Of a stretch of 64,000 nt of DNA, positions 52,085-63,370 are shown piece by piece. Position 1 is the stretch's first letter, and every line of letters starts with the position of its first letter. Below the pieces are notes generated by a model, which saw nothing but the letters and a program-made list of their open reading frames with translations, was not told the DNA's origin and made no database searches. The position numbers and the translations under genes were made by a program. The DNA comes from Squalus acanthias. Its lineage: Eukaryota. The stretch is from contig CM059437.1 of NCBI GenBank assembly GCA_030390025.1, positions 28,582,001 to 28,646,000 of the forward strand, in the 5' to 3' direction.

Positions 52085-52259
52085 GCAAAAAATTTGCTTT
52101 GAAAAGAGCTAGCAAAACTTTTAGCATTGTAAACACTGATTAATGAGCATTGAGATATACATTTATTGTAGTTTAATTTTATTCTAAGCCTTATGCAGCT
52201 GAATAAACAGCAGTACCATCTGTGAACTCACAAAGACTAATGCAGGATTATGCACACTG

Positions 52260-53020
52260 ATTTTTTTTTTTCTTATCAGCTTTCCCCACATGTTTTCACC
52301 TCCCCTCTCTTGTCATGAAAGTAGTGACTCTTTGCTGAGGTACAGTTCCTCAGGCACTGGGCACTCTCCAGTACCTTGCCCAAGTGGCTGTTGTTCATAT
52401 GTGGGCCTCAATAGTGAGTATTAGCAGGCTATTTAACCACAGGAGCATCAAAACCAAGCTCGATCTTGTCCTCCGCCAATGCCCACACGCATGTGGTTGC
52501 TGAACAGCAATTAGATATGGGAAGATGAGCTGATTTACCCCTCCCTAACCTTGTACTGGAGTACTGAAGCCAGTTTTAACACCCAAGCTGAGACAGAGTT
52601 GCCAAATCTCCAGGAATTAAATGTTAATCTCCAGGACACTGCCGCGAGCAACCCAGGAGAAAAATCGTTGGAGCATCAAAGAAAATGTTTTTTTTCTCAC
52701 TTTCCTTGAACACTTTTGTTTATTAGTTATAAGATTATTGGAGATGGGAGAAAAGGCTGTTTGACTCAAGAATCATCCAATTGGGTAATGAAGAGTCTCT
52801 TTGCTTTTCAATTGGCTGTGGGATGGCGGTGCGCTGAGAGGATGGGCGTGTCGGGCGACCAATGACAGGAGCGTGGGGGCGGAGCAGTTGGAGGCAGGAG
52901 GTCGTGTGATGAAACCTCCTGGATTACATTCAACCAGAGTTGGCAACCCTAGGCTGAGATCAGCTATGGATTGAGCAAGAGACCTGCCTTTTCTGTTCAG
53001 CTCAGCCACTCATTGGATGA
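52260..53020 (-). mobile_element. Old SINE (AmnSINE2-like) split by a hAT-type MITE
   Basis: ccagtaccttgcccaagtggc...tatttaaccac...ccctccctaacc... resumes as ggctgagatcagcta...ctgttcagctcag after 52951. Confidence 0.65.
52594..52951. mobile_element. hAT-type MITE, 358 bp
   Basis: TIRs cagagttgccaa / ttggcaacccta and an 8-bp TSD agctgaga (52586-52593) / ggctgaga (52952-52959). An 8-bp TSD is typical of hAT. Confidence 0.78.
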
Positions 53021-54124
53021 ACTCTCTGAATCCTGGGGGAGTGTTTCGATTATTTTCATGGAATTAACTTCTAAACTGCAATTCCTACTCTCTAACAGAG
53101 TACAATCTTTGCTGTGGTAGGTGTTTGCGGTTGCGTGATTTATGGAGTTCCTCTTCCATATTTGGCTTAAGTCCAGACAGGGACATGGTTTAAGGAAGTG
53201 GAGACACTTTACAGTTTAAAACAAAGGTAGGTGGGAGCAGAACAGCACAGCATTCTGTGCAGAAGTTTCTTAATTTTCTCAAGACTTGGGGCTAAATTCT
53301 GTAACCGTGATTCCGCTAATAAATTAGTGTTACTTCCATGGTTAGCGGCACTGATCCAATTAATTTGTCGTGCAAGCTGTGTTCTGCATTTTGATCTCCA
53401 CTTTTTGTTGTGTTCTTTTGGTGTTTGCTTTATTTGCAGTTTCTTGTTGTATTTACAATGCATAGGATTATGCATGTCACAAAAACATCATTTTTATGTT
53501 GTTGAATATTGGAATTTATTACTTAGCCTTTTACTAAGTTGGAGGAAATGAAAAGTGTTAAATACAAGTTGCACAGAATTTGTCTCTCACTGGGTGTCCA
53601 TTGAAAAGACAGTTTCCTACCATTTTGTTTCTCCTGCATGGCTTCTTGCTTCACGAGACTAAACCTGGTGAATGCTTGTCTACTGTCGCTCTGGCCCAAT
53701 TGACTATTGAAAGGTGCTCCGATAATTGAGCAGGTAGTGTTTCAGCACGAGTGCCACATTGGCTCAGATCACTGGAGCACCATCGGGCAGTGTCATGCAG
53801 TGGTACAATGCTGACTTCTGGCTTCACTTCTGAGTTCCTGATCTTGGCTGCGCTCTTATGGGGAGATGCCTGGTATGCACTTGGTGGCTGTTCACTGTGT
53901 GGAGGGAAAATTGAAACTAAGATCATCCAGGGCCATTCATAGGACATAGAAAGGGAGGAATGGTTTGAGACACTGAACATCAAACATATTTAGAGTAAAA
54001 AGAAGCTCCTAAAAACATAACATTTGAGAATGCCATGGATGACGAGAGAATCTTGCATATGCTATCACTCACACTCTATCAAGGTAGGAGTGATTATTAG
54101 TAAAAGCTAAAGAGAAATTGCCGC

Positions 54125-54270
54125 TCTCAACATCTGTAAAAAGGAAAGACAGGGTAACATTTTAGGTATCAGCCCTTCATCAAAAATGTTTACCTGTCTT
54201 TTCTCTTTACTGATGCGAATGTTTTTCCTCCATTTTCTATTTTTATTTCAGAGTTCTAACATTACAGCTT
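54125..54270. mobile_element. Old decayed Penelope-like inverted terminal remnant
   Basis: catctgtaaaaaggaaagacagggtaacattt...cccttcatca...aaatgtttacctgtcttttctctttactgatg...tttttatttcaga, the same hairpin layout as 45338-45548. Confidence 0.5.
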
Positions 54271-54614
54271 TTTATTTTTACTGCCTTTGTTGGTTTGATC
54301 ACGTGCCCTCACATGATCTTCCTTAACATTGGAAGGTGGCAAATACACTTCACTTCCAGTGAGATAGGCTTTAATTGCTGAACTAAATTTATTGAAAGTA
54401 ATCAAATGAACAATAACTGTGACACACTGTAGATTTTACTATAGTTATTAAACCTACCTAATTCAAGTAAGTAGAAAATAGTCACAATGTAAATAATATT
54501 TTTGTGGGTTTTTTTATTACCATCCATGGAAGCTCTCTGGCCGGGCTATTTCTTTTCAAAGGCTTCAGATGAACGCTTTAATTTGAAACAGGCAGGTTAA
54601 GAAAAACAACTGAA

Positions 54615-54885
54615 CGTAAAAGAACCCATAGCACTATTTCGAAGAAGAGCAGGGGAATTGTCCCTGGTGTCTTGGCCAATATTTATCCCTCAATCAATAT
54701 CAATAAAAGAGATTATCTGGTCATTATCACATTGCTGTTTATGGGAGCTTTCTGTGTGTAAATTGGCTGCCGCGTTTCCTACATTACAACAGTGACTACA
54801 CTTCGAAAGTACTTCATTGGCTGTAAAGCGCTTTGGGACATCCGGTGGTCGTGAAAGGCGCTATATAAATGCAAGTCTTTCTTTT
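54615..54885 (+). mobile_element. DeuSINE/SacSINE1-like 3' two-thirds
   Basis: gcactatttcgaagaagagcagggg...aatatttatccctcaa...aaggcgctatataaatgcaagtctttc. Confidence 0.88.
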
Positions 54886-55445
54886 CCAAAAGAACTGCCA
54901 ATCAAATATATGTTGGAATCAATCACATAACATGCTTGCATTTTAATTGAATGCTTTAGACCCTCCCTACACCTTGTCCAGACTGGATTTGTAATAGTTG
55001 TATCCAAATAAGGTGATTTTTAACCTCATGTAACATAAGCCAGTACCATGATATATCTTAGATAAAAATGTTTCAGCAAGGTCCTCCCATCAAATCAAGG
55101 CACTCTCAAATATAAAGGACCTGACCTTTAGAGTTCTGATGTCATTGCAAACCCAGATTTTTGTAGGTCTTGGAATCTTCTGTAGGATTAAGTGCCTCTA
55201 ATCCTTGTCCGTTAAACAGTTTTGTGCATCGATATGCTTGTGTCATGATGCTATCCTGTATCATAATGCAACCCTGCACATCAATATCAAGGTCTTGGCT
55301 CCAAAATCCAGATCAACAGCATTGTTCATCATATGGCTAGTATACAAGTGGCTAGTATGTCAGCCCTATGCAAAGCACTCTGGAAATGGCAGTCTCTTAC
55401 TCCTTGAGCTGGACCAATGAAGTATTTTTAATTATGTTTGACATT

Positions 55446-56150
55446 GGCCTGTATTTTCCGATCGGAGACTTCCTGCGTGCGGAGGCCTACGATCTGGAAA
55501 AAAATCTACGGCCTTACCTGAGGGCTCCCGAGGTCCGGCCATTTCCGCTCCTGGGCCCTCGTATCCCAGGGTCGCAGGCTGTTCGCAAGCGTCCCTGGGA
55601 TCACGTGGGCCATGGGGAACCAATGAAAGAAGGGAATCTCCCTTCATACTTTTGACAGCTTCGACCTGTCAAATATATGAATGGTGATCACTCCAAAAAT
55701 ACATCAAAACATTTAAAAAAAAAATCACACTTTTAAAATTAGTTAAAATTACATTAAATTAAATATTTTAAACAAAAATTTAAATTTTTGAAAAAAAATT
55801 AATGTTTTTTACGGGACTAAAAATAAACTTTTTTTAAAAGTATTTTTAAATTATAAATGAAATTTTTTTTAAATCTTTTTTAAACTCTTATGCTGGTAAA
55901 ACCAGGCCTTACGCCAGCTTTTACCAGGCCTAAGATTTTTAAGGGATTTCAGCGGGCGGTGGTTCTCCAGAAAGCGGAACTATCCCCCCCGCAGAGGCCC
56001 TTCTCCAGGGCAGGCGTGCGATCTGTCAAGAGGATTCTTGACCGATCGGAAATGCCGGTGTTCAGCGCATGCGCTTCGCATGCCTGAAACTGGCACTTGC
56101 GAGGTCCCTACAGGTGTGTACACACCCGTAGGGATTGGAAAATACGGGCC
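55446..56150. mobile_element. Harbinger/PIF-type MITE, family B, 705 bp
   Basis: 18-bp TIRs ggcctgtattttccgatc / gattggaaaatacgggcc and TSD ATT (55443-55445, 56151-56153). It shares layout and short motifs (gatcacgtg, ttcagcgcatgc, AT-rich core) with family A. Confidence 0.88.
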
Positions 56151-57147
56151 ATTATTAATGGATTTTTAAAACCTTTCTGGACAAGTTGTTGGCTGAAAAT
56201 ACACTTTGCTCTGTTGCTTCGAGCATTTCCTTTTCTGGCCTACTGTAGGCTTCACAGTTGCTGACACTGGTACACACCAACCTATGGACAAAAACAGGTC
56301 TCCATTTTATCCATCAGCCTGCGATGGGCATATGGGAAAAGTGTCAGCAGATTGCAATATGAATTGGAGATAACGACACGCAAAATCTTGAGCGTCACTC
56401 TCTTGGGATATGTTCATTGAGTTAAAAGTGCTTAATTTCATGTTCCTTCATCCCATGTTGGTTTTGTTTAAACATCATCAGTTGGAAATTGAAGGTACAT
56501 TTGGCCCAGTCTCAAAGCCTAGCATTTGTTCGTAATCAATTGGATGTCTCTTGTATTCTTTCAGTATCCTGAGGCTGAATCATGTCACCAATTAGTTTTA
56601 TTAGTGCTAAGGTGCCATTATTACAATACAATGTTCTGGAGGTTGTCAGGAGTTGTTGAGTATGGGTTCTTTGAGTGATGGACTTAATCATTTTTATTAA
56701 AGAGATGAGTGATGTGATGTTAACAAAAATAATTCTGAATGAAGATGCTTTTAATTAGCCTACAGATGTATTTGATCAAGCTGGTGTTTGACTGCAGAAT
56801 AGTATATTGGAGGTGTCTGAGGATGTGTCTGTCTTGTGTCCCCTACAAGTTGCTTCCTGTTTGACAGTTTGAAATGAGCAATTCCAAGATCTATGGTGAG
56901 ATATAGCACTCAATTCAACATACTTTCTCATGTGATCAAACAGATACAGAGAGCCCTGGTAATACTACTTTTTCAACATCTTTTCATGGTACATTACATA
57001 GGAATCATGATCAGAAATGTTTTTTTGCTTCTCACTGTTGAGTTTCTGGGTCTGTGCCAATTAACCCTTTCACTCCTAAGTTCCGAAGGATTCCACTTGA
57101 CCCGTATTGGTGACGGTAATTATATTTTATTCAGCGTAAGTGAGACT

Positions 57148-57553
57148 TGATACGTCACAGTATCTGAGCAGTAGTTAAACAAGGCACAATCAAGATTTAT
57201 ATTACCCGTTATGCCCTGGGTGGAAGACGCGACCTCCGTGGGTCAAGTCCCGTCGGCCCTGGCCCTCTAGGCTCGCTCGTCCGCTCGATGTGACGGGTGT
57301 GGGTCCTCCACCAACCCGAAATCCTCCTCGCCTCGTCTGGTGGATGTTCCCAAGCTTCTTGCCGAATGCCTCTACAACCTAAGTGTTTGAGAGACCCCTT
57401 CTTCTTAAATTTCTTCTTCCCAGCAAAGTCTATGGGGACCAGTTAACCCAATCATTGACTTACACCTGAAACCCCCTGTTCAGTTACAGGGATGCCACAT
57501 ACCTAATGATCCCGCCTGCCCTGTCAGGTCCTCATCTCATGACACCCTGACAT
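57148..57553 (-). mobile_element. Possible solo LTR
   Basis: ~400-bp CpG-rich block bounded by tga...tca, with minus-strand TATA-like (tttaagaa) and polyA-like (aatataaa) motifs in LTR order. No TSD found, and the left boundary is uncertain. Confidence 0.4.
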
Positions 57554-57923
57554 CATCTGTTTTTGACCATCAAGAATCATATCGAGGTAGTTATGACAGT
57601 ACAAAAGCAACACGTCTCCATTGTAGAGATATGGAACCTTGCTTTAAACTACAATTAATAATTTAGTTCAGGTGAGTTAGTAAGAGAATATAAAGATAGA
57701 GACTTCCCAGGAATCTCTCTCACATTATTCCTTCTAAAAACTTATTATTGATTATGTTTGGTCCTAGTTTTCTATTTTTGAATTCCCAATTAAGTTTATT
57801 TGCACACATTCTCGAGCAGCTGGACAGCTGGTTCAACAGGCCCTTGGTCAGAATTTTCTTAGGATTTGAACCACTTCAAGAGTTTATCTGTCAGAGATGC
57901 TTTTTATACTGAGCCAGTGAGGT

Positions 57924-57962
57924 TTAAGAACATAAGAACATAAGAAATAGGAGCAGGAGTAG
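57924..57962 (-). mobile_element. Very short CR1 3' tail
   Basis: taagaacataagaacataagaaataggagcaggagtag is the reverse complement of the CR1 tails at 25280-25309 and 41655-41688. Confidence 0.75.
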
Positions 57963-57963
57963 T

Positions 57964-58693
57964 GGCCCAGAAATTGATCTCGCTCTGTTCCCGCGGGGGT
58001 AAGGAGCAGGCGCGATCTCTCACTCCGCGTTGGCTTTTTCAGATCCAGCTCGCACGAACTTGATGTTCTAGACATCAGCTGGGCAGTGCTTGCGTATCCC
58101 ACCGGCGTAGTGAATTCGTGCGAGCTGTGGGATCACGTGACTCAGTTAGAGCCAATGGCAGCACACCATCTTCCATTCATAAGTTTCACATACGTGCTGT
58201 GAAAGCTATGAATCTTACACACCCCCAAAATAACAGCTAAACCTCAATTAAATTTTTTTTAAAAACCATCACATTAATAAAATAAGTATAGTTAAATAAA
58301 TTAACCATTTTAAATAAAAAATTAAATTTTTGAAAAAATTTAAAATCTTTTAAAAAGTTATAAAAATAAACTTACCTGTCTTTAAAGTCTCTAAAAAAGA
58401 TATACCTGTTAAAAAAAATTCAAAATAATACTTAATTCACTACTTACCTTGTTAAAAGTGGGTCTTACTCCTTTTTTCATTTCTAAAATCTTCCGTCCTT
58501 ACCTGCGCGTCCAAAGCACTAAGTGCACAGCGTGCGCGCAGCCTGTAGCGCGCACGCGGTGCACCGAGGAACCGCCCCCTTTTCCAAAGACCAAGTGCCG
58601 GTTTTCAGCGCATGCAGAAAACCGGCAATTGGAGAGAGAATACGCGAGAGTACGCAGTGCGTACTCTCGCGCAGCGGGATCAATTTTTGGCCC
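57964..58693 (-). mobile_element. Young Harbinger/PIF-type MITE, family A, 730 bp
   Basis: TIRs ggcccagaaattgatc / gatcaatttttggccc, flanked by AGT on both sides. Reverse complement of 32119-32862 with few differences. Confidence 0.9.
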
Positions 58694-59919
58694 AGTGTGT
58701 CTAATAATCCATTCACTTAAAGCTACTTTTATATTGGTGCTATTTTAATTAGGATACTGGCATCTCTGAGGCAGCTATCTATGGGCATTTACACTCCCAT
58801 ATCCCAGTGGCAGTCTCATAAACCCAGTTTTTCACGGGACTGTGAGTCTGCCATCAGGAAAAGAGAGTTGGATTTAGTAGTGTAAATGCTGGGGGCCATG
58901 CAATCCAAACTAAAACAGCATTTGACCTCAAATATTGCCAATGAAGAAACGTCTGTGGAGACAACTCTGTAAAATAAACAAAGCAACGGAGGCACCCAGT
59001 CGCTTTGGGAGGGAGTTTTGTCGGGTGCTTCCCAAGCAACACAAAGGTCATGTCTGCCATTTTGGGCCTCTCAGCATGGCGGGGGGGCGGGGGGGGGGGG
59101 GTGGTGTCTGACCTTTCAGCTCACCCATATTGGCCAGAAGTGTGCTTTCAGCTTTGTTGCCCTGTATGAATGTTCTCTCAACACCGGATAAGGTCCCAGC
59201 CAGGCCTTACCTAAAACTAGGTCTGGTCCTGTAGTTTCTAACCCTGTGTATGAATTTAGTATGTGAACGTTAAAAATATTTTCAAATATAATAAACAAAG
59301 GCTAGCTGACATGAATACATTGGATCACATCTGCAAGAGCAGCATTGCTTTCAGCCGTGTTTTTGCCTTTCCTTGACCAGTGCTACAATAGGCTGATTCA
59401 GATTGCCAGCCCCAAAATTTGTGCTACTGTGTGTTTCTTACTGCAGTGCTGAAATGTGCAATTTGGCTGGTTCTCGGGCAGTGTGGTCCAGTCATGGCCG
59501 AGTGTACTTCGTAGTTTGAACCTTGATATAGCTGCAAGGTACACTGCACTGTCCTCTGAGTAATTCCGAGCGCTGTTTCCTGTACATTGTGTTCTTGCGT
59601 TTCAAATGTAGTGTTGAATTCACTGTGCTAGCTGCATAAATTCATTGCCTACTTTGTAGTGTAATTGCGAATCAACAATCCGATGCTGCCCTGAATACAA
59701 ACTCACATTTTGTATCTGATTCAGTGCAAACACTAACAAAGTAGGACTTTTAACCAATTTTGTGCTTCCGGTGGGACGCTGCTTTCAACAGGGATGTGAG
59801 TTGGAGATAAAGCTACAACAGTGTAGCATCAATTCTCTAACCTTTGCACTCTACATGTGCAGCTCCCGATAGTAACATGACATCACTGAATTTACCCTCA
59901 TGTCCCAGAAATTGATGTG

Positions 59920-60190
59920 CACATGTATGAAGATCCACATACAGCGCCAGATATAACAGGGTCTTCAACTTTTTCAACAAAACTCCAGAAACAGTTGTAT
60001 GTGGAATGGAGTGGCCCAAAATTCCCTGGGCCGCAATCCCATCGCTGACGCTGGGTTCGCAACCACTGGTGCCCTCCAGCTCTGACCTCGCCGCAGTATG
60101 TGGGGTTGAGGAAGGGCAACTGCCACTTCAGACACATCTTGGGTACCTGCCTGTCCCAAGTTGCCAGGAAATCCAGCCTCTGGCTTCTAG
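59920..60190 (-). pseudogene. Decayed PIF/Harbinger-like transposase fragment (C-terminal DDE region)
   Basis: Mixed-frame minus translation GW..QLGTGRYP / LKWQLPFLNPTYCGEVR...HQWLRT...NFGPLHSTYNCF resembles the HARBI1-type GWLLGD-GYP---WL-TP--NP----E--YN--H--TR--VE--FG-LK-RF-CL. By-eye similarity only. Confidence 0.45.
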
Positions 60191-60243
60191 GTGATGGGAT
60201 CCCTGGAAGCACAGGAACATTAGCCCCAAGCGACCCACTTTGT

Positions 60244-60835
60244 AATCATAGAATGATACAGCACAGAAGAAGGGCATTCGGTCCATCGTGCCTATACCGG
60301 CTCTTTGGTAGAACTATCCAGCTAGTCCCACTCCCTCACTCTTTCCCTATAGCCGTGCAATTTTTTTTGCCTTCAAGTATTTATCCAATTCCCTTTTGAG
60401 AGTTATTAGTGAATCTGTTTCCACCACCCTTTCAGACAGTGCATTCCGGACCACAACAACTCACTGTCGCCTCTGGTTCTTTTGCCAATCACAAATCTGT
60501 GTATAATAAAAACAGAAAATGCTGGAGATACTCAGCAGGTCAGGCAGCATCTGTGAAGAGAGAAACAGAGTTAACGTTTAGGTCGATGACCTTTCGTCAG
60601 AACCCTGTGTGTCCTGGTTACTGACCCTCTGCCACTGGAAACGGTTTCTTATTTACTGTATCAGAACTGTTCATGATTTTGAACACCTCTATCAAATCTC
60701 CTCTTAATCTTTTCTAAGGAGAACAACCCCAGCTTCTCCAGTCTCTCCTCATAACTGGAGGCCCTCACCCCAGGTACCATTCTAGTAAATATCTTCTGCA
60801 TCCTGTTAAGGCCTTGACATCCTTCCTAAAGTGTA
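60244..60835 (-). mobile_element. CR1 3' end interrupted by a Penelope-like insert
   Basis: aatcatagaatgatacagcacagaag tail, colinear with 2233-2752 (tcaaatctcctct...ggagaacaaccccagcttctccagtct...acatccttcctaaag). Confidence 0.9.
60503..60603 (-). mobile_element. Short Penelope-like terminal insertion (family 2) with hammerhead-like core
   Basis: Minus strand gttCTGACGAaaggtcatcgacctaaacgttaactctgtttc...: CUGANGA is intact but the G of GAAA is lost. ctgtgt is duplicated on both sides. Confidence 0.75.
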
Positions 60836-61593
60836 ATGGGACTGTGTTAATTAAAAACAAATTGTCTGGTGGAAATCTTTGGAATTCCAGGCTTATTCCA
60901 TGGCCTGGAAACCCTCTCTCCCCTGCAGGGCACACTTCCACCTTTCAAGAGGTTGGCATGCCTCTACTCACTCGCTGTACCGGACTCTAAAACTAAGCCG
61001 GGTCTATGTGAGGCCGGGGTGCTTGGCCTACTGACCTAGGGAGCCCCTGCCCCCTCTTCAGTCGATGGCATTTTAGGGGCAGGCAGGGGTCACGCCCACC
61101 TTTCAAACTTTGCCCAGTATCCTGGACCAGACGTTTTGAGATCCTGGCGAAGTTTGTGGCTGTTCCAGCAGGCCCCAACTGAAGTTATGGCGGCACTCCA
61201 CCAGAGGAGCCAAGGAATCTCAGCCCGTGTGTGTTTAATAATAAATAGTATCTGAGGTACAAGACAGGCACTTCTCCTTCTGTCTTTTTTTTTCCCGTTC
61301 CTTACTCAAGTTGCTTCTTTATATCTAACTTCCTCTGCTCTTCCGTAGGGAGGTGCCCCAGCTCCACCTACCGACTGCTCCGCCCCTCAGGATTGTTACA
61401 CATGGCATCACAGTGCACATATAAACTGGTCCATCGGCTACCAGTCCTTTTCCTAATCCTGGAGCCAGTCGACACACTCCAATAAGTAGACTTCAGTGTG
61501 CTTGGCTGAAGGGAGGGAGGTTGTACATACTGGGTGCAGTTTTCTTCAATCAAAAATTTGGAATGATCATGTGCATGCACACACTAACTCTCG

Positions 61594-62414
61594 GGGCTGG
61601 ATTTTGCCAGCCCTGGGGAGGCGGGTTTGGAGGCGGGACTGCCGGGAAAATGGCAGAATTTGGGGGTGGGTGCCCAATCCGCCCCCAACCCGCCTCCGTG
61701 CCATCTTCCAGGAGGCAGGTAGCCGTCCCGCGCCAGGTCCAGTCTCCTTGGAGGCGGGAAGGGATTACAGCCACTTAACTGCCTGTTAACAGGTAGTTAA
61801 CAGGCAGATAAGAGGTTTATCCCCATTTTGCCCACACAAGTGCGGGCTTCCCGAAGGCTCCGAAACCCGCCAGGGTCACCAACGCGAGCAGTGGGTCTGC
61901 GGGGGTCGGAGGGGTGCAAAGGTGTGCTGTGAAGGTAAGTGATGGGTGCAAGTGTGGAGAGGTGAGTATGTGAGGTAAGTGGAAAGTGTTAGAAAAAGTT
62001 TACTTACCTTTGTTTCTTCCTGCAGGCTTCAATCGGTGGGTATGCGGAGAGTCTCGCACCTCACCGGCAGAGATGACAGATGGCTGTTGCCTTCTCCAAT
62101 GCAGCAACCATCTAATTTCTGCAAAAGAAAGAGGTTTGATGAGGTCTTGAATTCCAGAACTCATCAAACTACAGAGAATGTCAGTGTTTGACAGCCTCTC
62201 AAAATTGTAAAATTTTTGACAGATGAAACGTCATACGCTGACGTTCTCTGTAACCGGCTTTCCCTTAATTGGCCTGCTAAACCTGCTGGGCGGGCTTAAC
62301 AAGGTCAATCAAGGGAAAATAGCGTGGGTTGGCCAGAAGTTGATGGAGGCGGGATTGAAACCCGACAAGTGGGAGTCCCGCCTCCAAAAGCTCCCCATTG
62401 GCAAAATCCAGCCC
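61594..62414. mobile_element. Harbinger/PIF-type MITE, family C, 821 bp
   Basis: Perfect 16-bp TIR gggctggattttgcca / tggcaaaatccagccc. Flanks tcg / tca (3-bp TSD with one CpG-type change). Repeated gaggcggg/cccgcc subterminal motifs. Confidence 0.85.
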
Positions 62415-63104
62415 TCAGATTCAGAGGAAAACAGAGCAGCAGCTCTGAGGCACAAACATCCCTGTCAGCCTAAAGGAGGTGACGTTTTGTATTGCACTTC
62501 ATTCACATCAACACCGGAGTCCTTCGCAAATATAACAGCAGCATCAAGGGCACTGAAATTCGACCTTGCCAGTCAACACATGCAAAAAGTCAATTGCAAC
62601 ACTTCACTACAAATGTGTGTCAGTTGTAACTCGGGTATGGTTAGTTGAGTTGTTTACATCATTTTCAGTGGCTACCGATTGATTTCCTTTTCCCTTCTGT
62701 ACTCTGTTTTGATCGATTTGAGACAGGAGAAAGATTCTCTGTTGGTTGGATGGAGGCTCAGCAAGTGTTAAGATTCTGGTTGTCAATTCGCCTTGAAGTG
62801 GAGTGCAGCGCAGCCCTACCAGGTGCAGGCTGAATGGTCAAGCCCAACCTTCTCAAATGTTCTTAGTAGAATTCTTAGAGGTTAAGTCCTGAGACTTTAT
62901 CCTTTGCCCTGAAAGAAGAACAAGCTTCTAATTAAGTTTTTCTGAAGGGGAGGAATTTCTTGTGAACAAACAAACAAAGTTTAAATCCCTGCTGATGAAC
63001 CTGGAGCTGTATCCCAGATTATGTCACTGTGTTTGCTCTACGACACACATTAAAGTCTGGAAAGGATCTGAATTTGTACTCTTAACGAGGTCCTAAACTA
63101 TGGA

Positions 63105-63260
63105 TTTTCCCGTCCTAAACCTTTCCGCCTCTCTACCGCTCCTTCTTTAAGACGCTCCTTAAAATCTCCCTGTCCTAATATCTCCTTATGTGGCTTGCTA
63201 TCAAATTTTGTCTGATAATGCTCCTGTGAAGGTGCTATATAAATGCAAGTTGTTGTTGTT
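63105..63260 (+). mobile_element. L2 3' end fragment
   Basis: cctaaacctttccgcctctctacc...tttaagacgctccttaaaa...gctatataaatgcaagttgttgttg. Confidence 0.75.
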
Positions 63261-63370
63261 ACTTGCAGATGGACTTGCCAGTAGAGTAGGTCACTTTAGA
63301 CTGTGAAATGCAAAATGACGATTAGTTAAAAGTGCAATTGCTCCTCAGTTTCTTTAATGTAATATATAAT

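Noticed and set aside
2233-60835. Strand bias of CR1 fragments (about 11 plus versus 5 minus)
   Set aside because: The counts are too small to distinguish from chance or to infer host-gene orientation.
212-62833. Remaining ORF-track entries as genes
   Set aside because: They are short, mostly start at TTG/GTG, overlap repeats or their antisense strands, and show no recognisable cellular domains.
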